From a virus (taxonomy: Duplodnaviria; Caudoviricetes): a DNA stretch of 53,366 nt. The first letter of the stretch is position 1. Every line of letters starts with the position of its first letter. Where the stretch lies: IMG/VR virus record IMGVR_UViG_3300025621_001498, positions 1-53,366 of that record. One strand, written 5' to 3'. The notes below the pieces were generated by a model. That model was not told the origin of the DNA. It was given only the letters and a program-made list of their open reading frames with translations, and made no database searches. Of the stretch, positions 9,783 through 18,389 are shown piece by piece. The position numbers were made by a program, and so were the translations under genes.

Positions 9783-11816
9783 TCAGCGACGGCGCGAGCG
9801 CCCAAATTTTGTGGCGAGCTGCTTGAGGTTGAGCGCATCAGTTGGGCTGGCATACAAACCGACTTCCTCGCCGCCCATCTCAATCGCAACACGCCCTAGG
9901 TTTGGCATTGACGGCGCGGCGCTTGCCGCGGCCTCCGAAATTCCCGCACCAAAGTCAGGGATGTTCAGCCCGGCCAGGCGCGTCATCAGATTTTGCGATG
10001 CGGTGGCAGTGAGCACCTGCTCACCGCCTGCGAAGTTCACCAGCTCGGGGCCTTTCTCGCCGACCCATGCCATCCCGGCCGGCGCACTATTGGTGCCTTT
10101 GGCAAAACCCGGCGGCTTCGGCAGGTTGGGCACAAACACATACCCATCTTCATCGGCCTGACCGGCCTGTGGCATTGCGACTTTTGGGGTAATCACCATC
10201 GAATTGCTGATTTCAGCGGCGAGCGCCTGCATCACGCCCTTGATTCGGGCGATCTCTTCCGGGGGAAGTTCTACGCTAACCTTGACGTTGCTGGCTTCGT
10301 CCAGCACCACCTTCAGCCGCTTGGCATCTTCCTCGGCTTTGTTAAAGCTGGCCTGCGCTTTGTCTACGTTGATCTGATCCGCTGACTGCTCGATCGCCTG
10401 CAACTCGCGAATGAACCCTTCAAATCCGTATGTACTTTCACCTGCAGCGGCCAGCTGGTTTAGCACTTCAAGCGCAGCCTGGGCCTGCTTCTTAGCGCCC
10501 TCTACATCGCCACCCGCCAAGGCAGCACGGGCTGAAACTTTTAGCGCCTGCGCCTGGCCGTAGGAAGGGTCACCGCCGGCACCGCCAAGCTTGGCCAGCG
10601 CCTCGCTGTAACGCTTCTCGGTATCGAGCTGGGCCTTCTTGGCATCCTCTAACTGTTTCGCTGCTTCACGCTCGGCCTTAATTCGCTCGGCTAGCGCGGA
10701 TTTTGCGTCCTTAACTTGTTTCTTGAGCTGCTCGCCCATGGCTTCGGTGGTCTGCTTAAGGTCGCTGACCATAATCTGCTGTTGTTTCTTCTGCTCAACG
10801 GCGGCTTGGGTTGCGGCCTCGCCGGCGCCTGACCAAAGATCCTTAACCCGCTTGATCATCAGGCCCTGCTCGCGCGCGTTCTCCTCACCCACCTCGCGCA
10901 TAATGTCGGCCGCCTGGGTGAATTCACCTTTAGCAACAGATACCGCCGCCGCAGCAGAAGCACCTATAAGGCGCCCGAGAGAACCAAATCCATTAGCCGC
11001 CACCAGCACTACGGTTGCCAGAACCTTAAGGGCACCACCAAGCACATCGGCTACAACCCTCCCGGCCTCCCCCTCTTTGTTCACATCAACCAGCAATTGG
11101 GAAAGATCAACCAGCGAAGGCAGCAGCTCTGCGGCAATCTGGTTGCCGGCGCCGGCGCCAGCCTCGCCCAGGCGGGTTATGTTGTCGTTGAACACCTCCG
11201 CCTTGGCGGCGGTGTCCTCCGAAATAATCAGGCCCAGGGCTTCCGCTTCCTTGCGCAGCGCTTCCAGGCCTTCAGCTCCGCCGTTAAGCAGCGGGATCAG
11301 CTTGGCGCCGGATCGGCCAAACAGCTCCATGGCAATGGCGGACTTTTGCACGCCATCCGGCATCTGCTGGAAGCGATCGGCAAGCTCAGCCAATACCTGA
11401 TCGCTGCTCTTGATCTGGCCGCTGGCGTTTACAACCGATATGCCGACGCGGTCGAAGGCCTCAACCTGCGCCTTGCCGCCATTGGCAGCCGCATCAATCG
11501 TGCGGTTCAGCTTAGAAAGCCCGGCATCGAGTTCGCCGCTACCAACACCAGCCAGCTTCGCGGCGTAGGTAAGTGCGGTGTATTCCTCTACCGCCAACCC
11601 CACAGCGCTGGCGGATTTGGTGGCGGCATCGGCGGCATTAATGCTGTTTTTAACAAAGGCCGCCAGCGCCGTAACAGAAAGCGCCCCAGCAATGTAGGTG
11701 CCAGCGGCTTTAGCACTGAGACCAATTTTATTCAGCTGCTGATCGGCCTCAGCGAAGGCAGCGCCAGCTTTGTTCTTGCCATCAATGATTAGCTGGGTGG
11801 TGATTTTATTTGACAT
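9783..11816 (-). CDS. Tail tape measure protein
   Basis: 677 aa Ala-rich helical protein; AMELFGRSGAKLIPLL and WVGEKGPE motifs. Confidence 0.92.
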   Translation of the reverse strand: MSNKITTQLIIDGKNKAGAAFAEADQQLNKIGLSAKAAGTYIAGALSVTALAAFVKNSINAADAATKSASAVGLAVEEYTALTYAAKLAGVGSGELDAGLSKLNRTIDAAANGGKAQVEAFDRVGISVVNASGQIKSSDQVLAELADRFQQMPDGVQKSAIAMELFGRSGAKLIPLLNGGAEGLEALRKEAEALGLIISEDTAAKAEVFNDNITRLGEAGAGAGNQIAAELLPSLVDLSQLLVDVNKEGEAGRVVADVLGGALKVLATVVLVAANGFGSLGRLIGASAAAAVSVAKGEFTQAADIMREVGEENAREQGLMIKRVKDLWSGAGEAATQAAVEQKKQQQIMVSDLKQTTEAMGEQLKKQVKDAKSALAERIKAEREAAKQLEDAKKAQLDTEKRYSEALAKLGGAGGDPSYGQAQALKVSARAALAGGDVEGAKKQAQAALEVLNQLAAAGESTYGFEGFIRELQAIEQSADQINVDKAQASFNKAEEDAKRLKVVLDEASNVKVSVELPPEEIARIKGVMQALAAEISNSMVITPKVAMPQAGQADEDGYVFVPNLPKPPGFAKGTNSAPAGMAWVGEKGPELVNFAGGEQVLTATASQNLMTRLAGLNIPDFGAGISEAAASAAPSMPNLGRVAIEMGGEEVGLYASPTDALNLKQLATKFGRSRRR

Positions 11817-12058
11817 TAACCCAGCCCCTTCATGAGCTTCTGGAAGTCTTTCTTGGATGCTCGAGCGGCGCGAACGGCTAGCGCGGCATCTCGCAGCGCA
11901 TCCTTCTTGCCGACTGCCACAGCCTCAATAAACCCCTCGATCTGCGGCAGGGTATAACTCTGAATATCAGCCCAGGCGTGGCCCGCGGATATCAGTTGTT
12001 GCGTAATGCCTGCCCAGCTAGAACTTCCGCCAGTCCTATCAGGGCTTGGTCGAAAAAA
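11816..12058 (-). CDS. Tail assembly chaperone frameshift extension (gpT equivalent)
   Basis: -1 frame is open from slippery T TTT TTC (12058-12052) to a TAA overlapping the tape measure ATG; no own start. Confidence 0.8.
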   Translation of the reverse strand, partial: FFRPSPDRTGGSSSWAGITQQLISAGHAWADIQSYTLPQIEGFIEAVAVGKKDALRDAALAVRAARASKKDFQKLMKGLG

Positions 12059-12354
12059 CTGGCGTTCACCCGCACCACATGCACCATCAACTCAACAGCT
12101 ACAGCTGCCGGCAAACGCCAGATCTGCCACGCGGTGAGGGTGGTTGCGCGGCCGAGGATCGCTCGCAGGTTTTTGTTTTTGGATGCATACAGCAGCACCG
12201 CGCCAGGGGCCGGGCTGGCCAGCGCCGCCATCAGCTCCGCTGAGGCTTTGCCAAATACCTCGAAGTGACGCAGCTGCACCGGCTTTATTCCTACCGACCG
12301 GCCATTCACATCAGCCAAAACAGTCGCCGGGAAAAGGATTTGAAGCTCTGACAT
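11992..12354 (-). CDS. Tail assembly chaperone (gpG equivalent)
   Basis: Upstream of tape measure; slippery heptamer near 3' end. Confidence 0.8.
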   Translation of the reverse strand: MSELQILFPATVLADVNGRSVGIKPVQLRHFEVFGKASAELMAALASPAPGAVLLYASKNKNLRAILGRATTLTAWQIWRLPAAVAVELMVHVVRVNASFFDQALIGLAEVLAGQALRNN

Positions 12355-12371
12355 GCCATTCTCCAGGTAAT

Positions 12372-12395
12372 AAAAAACCCGCCGAAGCGGGTTTT
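12372..12395. terminator. Bidirectional intrinsic terminator after moron
   Basis: AAAAAACCCGC-CGAA-GCGGGTTTT. Confidence 0.85.
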
Positions 12396-12403
12396 AATTA
12401 ATT

Positions 12404-13186
12404 TCAATATTCTTGCAATCTTCCGTCTGCATAGAGAACCTTCTTCAGTTCGAAACTGAGCTTAATATTACCCTCTTCTGCAAATCTAAAACTGTTATGC
12501 CGATCAATAAACTTGTTGTATTTTATTCCTCCAATCCAAGAAAGTATTTTACCGGACTTCACAGGATCATTCACAGCAACATTGGAGTCGATAATTTCGT
12601 TTCCTAAAAGGTCTGTAAAATGAAGGACTCCGTCAAAGGCTCTAATATCTTCTTGGCTGTCATTTTTGAAATCTAAAACAATATCAATTGTACCCTGACC
12701 ATACTCACCTTCAGTAAAGTCCTTTCTGATGAATGCTGCGCTCACTACGCCAGGAGCCAGCGCCTTCTGCAAAGGCTTTACGGGGTCAGCCTCACGCGAG
12801 CCTGAGAATGCGCCAGCCAACCCTTTAAATGAATTCTGTATAGCGCTTTTAATTTCGTACTTTACGTGTTCTCGGCCTGAAAAATAACCTACAACTAAAC
12901 CTAATACTAAAGCACCCACAATCTTCATATGTGGATTACTGTTAATCCAATCAGAGAAAGTTATCTTTGACGCCACTCCAGCGCTTGTAATTTCCGGATC
13001 TGCCTTCCGCTTTGAATTGTCTGAAACCGTTGGCTTTCCAGATTTATCAATTGAAATTTCTGAAGCGCTTTCCAGTCTTCGCTTGTTCGCCAGCGCCTTC
13101 TCATAATAAACGCCGCAAGCCGGACACTTAGCCGGATCACCGAATTCAGACGCTGCTGCCTCATGATCACAAACCGGACACTGCAT
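12404..13186 (-). CDS. Moron: zinc-ribbon plus single-TM membrane protein
   Basis: AT-rich; CPVC...CPAC, TM helix IVGALVLGLVVGYF; GGAGG SD; flanked by hairpins. Confidence 0.75.
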   Translation of the reverse strand: MQCPVCDHEAAASEFGDPAKCPACGVYYEKALANKRRLESASEISIDKSGKPTVSDNSKRKADPEITSAGVASKITFSDWINSNPHMKIVGALVLGLVVGYFSGREHVKYEIKSAIQNSFKGLAGAFSGSREADPVKPLQKALAPGVVSAAFIRKDFTEGEYGQGTIDIVLDFKNDSQEDIRAFDGVLHFTDLLGNEIIDSNVAVNDPVKSGKILSWIGGIKYNKFIDRHNSFRFAEEGNIKLSFELKKVLYADGRLQEY

Positions 13187-13288
13187 AGAGGAATCCCTCC
13201 CAATTGATATGGGAAGGACTGTAGCCCAGCCGAGGTAGAGGTTGCCAGCCAACGATATAGAACCTGCAACAGATGCCCAGAAACGACG

Positions 13289-13308
13289 AGGCCCGCAAAA
13301 GCGGGCCT
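13289..13308 (-). terminator. Hairpin after major tail gene
   Basis: AGGCCCGC-AAAA-GCGGGCCT. Confidence 0.6.
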
Positions 13309-13326
13309 TGTTCGTCTGGGCAGGCT

Positions 13327-14103
13327 TTAGACGGCGGACTTGTCCTCCACTTCCCACTGCCACATTGCAGCCTCACCGATATCGGTGATATTGGGATCTG
13401 CCAGCAGCCGGATCTGTACGGGGATGGTGCCGAACTCTGCACCCTGATTCAGCGGGATACCGCCGTTGAGCGCAATGCGGCAGTAGAAGCACTGGATGCG
13501 ACGGCGCTCGTTGTTGCCACCTTCGTTGATCTGGCTGAGCAGCACACGGTAGTACTTCTGGCCAACGGTGAAGGGCTTGATCAGGTCGATGGTCGGATAG
13601 CTGTAGCTGACCTTGATCGGCAGCATCAGCTCGCTCTCGGCCGCAATGTCCTCAGCCAGGCGCCCGCCGATCAGGATGCGGATGCCACCTGGAGTGACAG
13701 AGAAATCGATGTTGCGCTGGTACGGCTCGGACACCCCGTCTGCCGTAACCGCGGTTACCTCGAGCGGGATGTGCGCCAGCATGATGGTGCGGTCGATGTA
13801 AGCAGGATGCTCTTCTTCGACCACGCTGCCAGATGGCACCTTGGTGACGGAGCCATACATGGCGATCGCCGCGGCGGCTGGGTTGAATGCCACGGCCTCG
13901 CCGTTCAGCACGATCTCGCTGGTGGAGGTGAGGCTGTCCAGTGGCGGCAAGCCGATGCGGGTCGGATCGGGAATAGTGATCTCTTCCGTGGTCGGCTCGG
14001 CCGTTACGTTCTGCAGCTTGAACACTTCTTCGAAGTTCCAGCCCGGCCACAGGGCAACGCCCACGGGGCCACGAAAGAGTTGAGTGTGGAGCATCTGGCT
14101 CAT
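13327..14103 (-). CDS. Major tail (tube) protein
   Basis: 258 aa between tail completion genes and chaperone; GGAG SD. Confidence 0.75.
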   Translation of the reverse strand: MSQMLHTQLFRGPVGVALWPGWNFEEVFKLQNVTAEPTTEEITIPDPTRIGLPPLDSLTSTSEIVLNGEAVAFNPAAAAIAMYGSVTKVPSGSVVEEEHPAYIDRTIMLAHIPLEVTAVTADGVSEPYQRNIDFSVTPGGIRILIGGRLAEDIAAESELMLPIKVSYSYPTIDLIKPFTVGQKYYRVLLSQINEGGNNERRRIQCFYCRIALNGGIPLNQGAEFGTIPVQIRLLADPNITDIGEAAMWQWEVEDKSAV

Positions 14104-14126
14104 GGGGTTCTCCTGGCCGGCGGCCG

Positions 14127-14570
14127 TCAGTTGTAGGTTTCGACGTAGGTCACGCCGATGGTGATTGTGATGCTGTGGGTGGTTTCGCCCTTCTGGGCAA
14201 AGCGCCAGGTGGCTTCGTCTTCGTCCTCAATGAGGCCTGGGAAGATGCGTTCATAAAGGTCTTGGCCAATGCCGAGCGCGCGCAGCACATCAACGTGCAC
14301 TGCATCCATGGCGCTGAGCGGCGCGGATTTTGAGAAAACAAACTCGATCTCGAACTGCCGCAGCCGAGTGGCCTGACTGCTGGCCATGCCGGTGCGCGTA
14401 TCGCTGGCTGGACGGATCAAGGAATAGGGTTTCGGGGCGCCATCCGGTACGTTTTCATCCGGCTCATACACACGCTGCAGATCGGTCGAGTAGCCGTTGA
14501 TTGGCTTTATTTGTTCCAGCCGGGCGCGCAGCGAGGCAGAAACCTCGCTGGCCTTTATGGGGTATGGCAT
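14127..14570 (-). CDS. Tail terminator/completion protein
   Basis: Position; LEQIKPINGYSTDL motif. Confidence 0.65.
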   Translation of the reverse strand: MPYPIKASEVSASLRARLEQIKPINGYSTDLQRVYEPDENVPDGAPKPYSLIRPASDTRTGMASSQATRLRQFEIEFVFSKSAPLSAMDAVHVDVLRALGIGQDLYERIFPGLIEDEDEATWRFAQKGETTHSITITIGVTYVETYN

Positions 14571-14573
14571 GGG

Positions 14574-15158
14574 TCAACCTCGGCGCAGTTCTTTGCGCAT
14601 GCGCTTGGCGAATTCTTGTTGCAGGTAGGTGTTCACCCAGCGGATGGTCTGAGTACCCGATAACTGCTTGAACCAGTAGGCAGCGCTGGGGCCCATGGCT
14701 AAACGCCGGTGCTCCCATGCATTTGCTTTGTTCTGCCGTGCGCGCTTGCTGCGCGTATCCCAGGGCAGGCGCTGGGCGCTGTTTGGGTTTACAAAGCCGG
14801 CAGCAACCTTGCGGCCACTCGGGCCGCGCACCCATAACCGCGCACGCGTGGCGTCAATCGCGTCGTAGCCCCAGGTGTTGTAATTGAGCAAGGTGATTCC
14901 GGATGAAGACGGGATGATGCGGCTTTCCATTCTTCGGGTATTGGCGCGCTTTACCTTCATGGCGCTACGCAGCCGGGCGGGCTTGATGGAGCCGCGCATG
15001 GGGTTGATGTAACGCTCTGTTCTGGCTTTGGTTCCTGTGCTGTTGAGTGAGGCGCGAATAACCGGATCAATCTTCTTGCCCTGCTCGGCGAGCTGGCGAC
15101 GGGCAAGCTCTCCACCGATCAGCCGCACATTTACGTTCAGCCCACCGGCTCCAGCCAT
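14574..15158 (-). CDS. Neck/tail completion protein (lambda Z / HK97 gp10-like)
   Basis: Basic protein at the expected position; start uncertain. Confidence 0.6.
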   Translation of the reverse strand: MAGAGGLNVNVRLIGGELARRQLAEQGKKIDPVIRASLNSTGTKARTERYINPMRGSIKPARLRSAMKVKRANTRRMESRIIPSSSGITLLNYNTWGYDAIDATRARLWVRGPSGRKVAAGFVNPNSAQRLPWDTRSKRARQNKANAWEHRRLAMGPSAAYWFKQLSGTQTIRWVNTYLQQEFAKRMRKELRRG

Positions 15159-15691
15159 AGCCCCCTCACAATGCCGTCATCGCTTTCATCGGCGTAATCG
15201 ATCACGTTGTAGAGCACGCCACCCACTTCAAGCTGGCTGCTATCGGCCTGCAGGCGACCGGCCTCAATCAAGGCCACTTCGGCCCGGGTTCTGTAGCTGG
15301 TGGCCTGGCCCATCTCGTCACGGTATGGCGCATCGTGAAGCAGGAACACGCGACAAGGGCGCGGTGGGTGGCCTTCGTGGATGGCCGCGCCGCACTCGCC
15401 TACAAACTCGGTGGCGGTGATGGCCAACTCGGCGCGCTTGCCAGTGAAGTCGCGGACGCTGTCGATATGGAACAGGCGGCCATCGGCTTCCAGGTAACGG
15501 CCCTGGCGCAGTCGATCATCCCAGTGCGTGCGGATGGTGACCTTGGCGGGGTTGCGCAGCCCGGTGGGATACGCAACGTCGCCGGCTTCTTTGGTTTGAA
15601 TGCCACACCAGAGCCAGTCCAGCTGGCAGGCCTGAAGGTTGGCATCCAACACCAGCAGCTTTGCAGGCGTATCAAACCGGCCGGTTCTCAT
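15137..15691 (-). CDS. Head closure/head-tail adaptor
   Basis: MRTGRFD N-terminus, GRLFHIDSV; position. Confidence 0.7.
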   Translation of the reverse strand: MRTGRFDTPAKLLVLDANLQACQLDWLWCGIQTKEAGDVAYPTGLRNPAKVTIRTHWDDRLRQGRYLEADGRLFHIDSVRDFTGKRAELAITATEFVGECGAAIHEGHPPRPCRVFLLHDAPYRDEMGQATSYRTRAEVALIEAGRLQADSSQLEVGGVLYNVIDYADESDDGIVRGLWLEPVG

Positions 15692-15996
15692 ACGCCGAAG
15701 CCAACGCGGTAAAAGTGCAGCATGTTTTCGGCCTTGGGTATCTTGGTGTAGCTAGTGCCAACCAGCGATTCTTCCCGGTTGGCGTAGTACTCGGCGGCGA
15801 TGATCTTGATGGCCAGGCCAACGCTCTTTGGCACGTCGACATCAGCGCCCGCTTCGTCCTTCCAGGGGATCGGGCGACCGATGAACTGCGCGGCATAGTC
15901 GATAGCGGCCGCGAGCTTGTCCTCCAGGTCAGCATCTTCCGCGTCATGCCGAATGCGCAGGTGGGCCTTCAGCTGGGCGAGTGTTGGTACTGGCAT
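15688..15996 (-). CDS. Head-tail connector protein
   Basis: TLAQLKAHLRI...YYANRE motif. Confidence 0.9.
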   Translation of the reverse strand: MPVPTLAQLKAHLRIRHDAEDADLEDKLAAAIDYAAQFIGRPIPWKDEAGADVDVPKSVGLAIKIIAAEYYANREESLVGTSYTKIPKAENMLHFYRVGFGV

Positions 15997-16004
15997 GGCA
16001 GACC

Positions 16005-16628
16005 TCAGCGGTAACGGCGGAAGGCGAAGCTGGTGATGCCATCGCGGCCCAGCTCGGACTCGCGCTCATTGATCTCGACACAGCCGAAACCCTGCCGGGC
16101 GAACCAGGCGATCAGGCCGTTTTGTGTGAAGTACCAGAGATGCTCGCCAGGCTTGTAGTGCTTGCTGGCCAGACAATCGGAGAGGCTGAAGTAGATCGGC
16201 ATGGAGACGAAAACCCAGTCGCCCACCTGATCAAGCAGGGTCTCTGGATCGGGTATGTGCTCGAGGCTATCCCAGCAGGATATTGCTTCTGTCACCCCGG
16301 AGCGATTGGAGTAGATATCGAAATAGCGCTCGCGCGACTTAAGCCACGCCACCGCCTCGGGGTTCACGTCGTAGCCCCAACCATCTGCATCAAGCACGAA
16401 GCGCCCACCACCGATGCCGATGTCTACAACACCGCCGGCATAGTGGCGTTTGACCATTGCCACGCGGGCGGCAGTGAGTTCGGCACCCATCGGGGTGGCG
16501 TCCAGGGCCTGGTACTTCTCGAAGTAGGGGCCGCTGTAATCCATCGGCGGGCGTGGGTGGTAGCCCATACCAAGCTCTTCAGACCACAGCAGGCAGTCGG
16601 TCAGCCCATTCGGCAAAGCGCTGGTCAT
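16005..16628 (-). CDS. Class I SAM-dependent methyltransferase
   Basis: VVDIGIGGG motif I, GYDVN, WDSLEHIPDP, EHLWYF. Confidence 0.85.
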   Translation of the reverse strand: MTSALPNGLTDCLLWSEELGMGYHPRPPMDYSGPYFEKYQALDATPMGAELTAARVAMVKRHYAGGVVDIGIGGGRFVLDADGWGYDVNPEAVAWLKSRERYFDIYSNRSGVTEAISCWDSLEHIPDPETLLDQVGDWVFVSMPIYFSLSDCLASKHYKPGEHLWYFTQNGLIAWFARQGFGCVEINERESELGRDGITSFAFRRYR

Positions 16629-17439
16629 AGTTGGCGATTCTCTTGTCACAGGTGTGTTGCCGCTCAGTGCAGCGGCAGAAGTTGTCCGGCACAGCGAAGG
16701 TCAGCTGGCTGGTTTTCATTGCGCGATCGGTGATCAGTTCTGGCGCGTTGTAGCCACCCTGCCCACCACACACGACCCAGGCCGGCACGCCGGCGGCAAT
16801 GCTGGCCGGGACTACCCAGCCGATGCCGCCAATCACAGCGGCGGCGCCCTGCAGCAGGGCAAGCAGTTGCTCAACCGGCAGTTCGCCGGCGTGGTAGCGC
16901 ACATCCGCAGCGGGCAGTGGCTCAAGCGCCCACTCATGTCCAGGCTGCAGGTCTGCCACCGAAACCACCTGGTAGCCGCGCCGGCGCATTTCAGCGGCAG
17001 CGGCGGCGATGTACTCGGGCAGCGGATTGCGGGCATCCGCCCGCCACTCGGCCCGCACGGTTACCGGACGCACCAACACATAGCGGCCGGTAACGGGTGG
17101 CGAGCCGAAGCCGGGCAAGTCCAGCACACCGGGCTGCACCCGGAAGGCGCTCCGCATGCCGTTGTAAATGCCGGCACCGCCATAGCGGATGTTCAGCGTG
17201 CCCAAGCCGCTTGGCGGCCTGACCCACTTGGCGTGCCGCTGGATGTTCTTGGCCTGAGTGCGCAGCTCAGTGGCTGGGCGCACACAGCGCACGTGAGGCA
17301 TGTCCTGATACAGCTCCGGCCATGGGGTTTCCAGAAACACCGGGCCACGCAACTGGCGGATAAAGGCGCGTTGGTAAATGCAATCGCCGAGGCCTTTCAT
17401 TCCACGGATCAGCACAGTCAGACGCCTGGGGCCGGGCAA
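16579..17439 (-). CDS. GT-B glycosyltransferase, GT9/heptosyltransferase-like
   Basis: IRGMKGLGD N-terminal motif; GELPVEQLLALLQGAAAVIG...ASIAAGVP C-terminal pattern. Confidence 0.7.
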   Translation of the reverse strand: MPGPRRLTVLIRGMKGLGDCIYQRAFIRQLRGPVFLETPWPELYQDMPHVRCVRPATELRTQAKNIQRHAKWVRPPSGLGTLNIRYGGAGIYNGMRSAFRVQPGVLDLPGFGSPPVTGRYVLVRPVTVRAEWRADARNPLPEYIAAAAAEMRRRGYQVVSVADLQPGHEWALEPLPAADVRYHAGELPVEQLLALLQGAAAVIGGIGWVVPASIAAGVPAWVVCGGQGGYNAPELITDRAMKTSQLTFAVPDNFCRCTERQHTCDKRIANYDQRFAEWADRLPAVV

Positions 17440-17630
17440 ACCTCTATGGAGATTTCGCTGTCAAAAAGCACGACATCTGCCGCCCCAAGGCGAGTGACAA
17501 ACACTTCTCTGGCGTAGCTAAGCAGCCGATCGTGTTGCTCCAGATTCAGGCGTGAAGGCACCTTCAGTACAACGGTGTCGCCGGGGGTGATCTTCGTCCG
17601 GAGTATTTCAGTGACCTCGGGGAGGTTCAT
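17418..17630 (-). CDS. Hypothetical protein
   Basis: 70 aa, overlaps both neighbours. Confidence 0.55.
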   Translation of the reverse strand: MNLPEVTEILRTKITPGDTVVLKVPSRLNLEQHDRLLSYAREVFVTRLGAADVVLFDSEISIEVCPAPGV

Positions 17631-18184
17631 AGCGCTTGCTCCAGCAGCATACGCGGGAAGCAGCTCAATGCCGTTTCCCGACTGCAGTTGATGATTTCGA
17701 TACTTGGGTGATCTTTGCGCAGCTGCTCGAACTGCTCAGGCCAGTTGGCAATTGCACCAGCGTTGCCCAGCTTTGCCGGGTGATCGCCATGCCAGTGGCG
17801 GCGGCCACCGGTGTACTGCATGTCATAGCCCAGCAGCAGCACGCGCTGAGCGCCGCGGGCGATGGCAAGTGCCACTGCGCCGGCCCCGGAGTTGCGGTAA
17901 TCCTTCAAGCGCCAGGGCATTACGCCGTAGGGCGTGAGATTCATGGTTGCCAGTTCGCCGGCAAATACACGGCGAACCTCTGGGATGTACTCAGCCCACC
18001 ACGCTCTATCCATGGCGAACAATGCATCTGCCCAGGGCACGATGCGGAAACTGGTGTTGGCACAAACTACGGCTTTGGTTTGGCCTGCTTCGGCTTCTCG
18101 CCAGCGCCGGACTTGTTCGCAGTCTTCGCGGGTGAGGCTTGGCCCACTGGCGATACAGACGGCGGTGTGCCAGGTTGGGGCTTT
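17627..18184 (-). CDS. DUF115/MAF-like transferase domain, probably expressed by -1 frameshift
   Basis: Frame open to 18241; AVCIASGPSL, VVCANTSF, NSGAGAVALA, VLLLGYDM, IINCS; first canonical start (18040) lies downstream of the conserved N-terminal motifs. Confidence 0.7.
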   Translation of the reverse strand, partial: KAPTWHTAVCIASGPSLTREDCEQVRRWREAEAGQTKAVVCANTSFRIVPWADALFAMDRAWWAEYIPEVRRVFAGELATMNLTPYGVMPWRLKDYRNSGAGAVALAIARGAQRVLLLGYDMQYTGGRRHWHGDHPAKLGNAGAIANWPEQFEQLRKDHPSIEIINCSRETALSCFPRMLLEQAL

Positions 18185-18336
18185 GGGGCTTTTTCGCCCT
18201 CGGCTTCCGCGACAAGGTTTTTGCCCTGCAACTGCAGGAACTCATTGCGCGACAGCGGGAATGGTTTGGACTTTCTCGACTTGATCTCATTGCCCAGCTG
18301 AAACGAACGCAAGGCGATAGCGATAACGTGAGACAT
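18067..18336 (-). CDS. Small basic capsid-adjacent protein
   Basis: GAGGT SD before ATG 18336; directly after capsid gene; Pro/Lys-rich tail. Confidence 0.75.
   Translation of the reverse strand: MSHVIAIALRSFQLGNEIKSRKSKPFPLSRNEFLQLQGKNLVAEAEGEKAPKPQPGTPPSVSPVGQASPAKTANKSGAGEKPKQAKPKP
18181..18187 (-). promoter_or_regulatory. Putative -1 ribosomal frameshift site C CCA AAG
   Basis: In-frame X XXY YYZ heptamer; GAGG 10 nt upstream; CTGGC...GCCAG hairpin 7 nt downstream. Confidence 0.7.
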
Positions 18337-18347
18337 AGACACCTCTG

Positions 18348-18375
18348 AACAGGGACCGGGTTACCGGTCCCTGTT
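18348..18375 (-). terminator. 12-bp hairpin after capsid gene (terminator or mRNA stabiliser)
   Basis: AACAGGGACCGG-GTTA-CCGGTCCCTGTT. Confidence 0.65.
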
Positions 18376-18389
18376 GGGTTGCGGGTGGA

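Noticed and set aside
16005-16628. Methyltransferase as a DNA methylase
   Set aside because: No DPPY/NPPY or PC motif; resembles small-molecule or sugar methyltransferases
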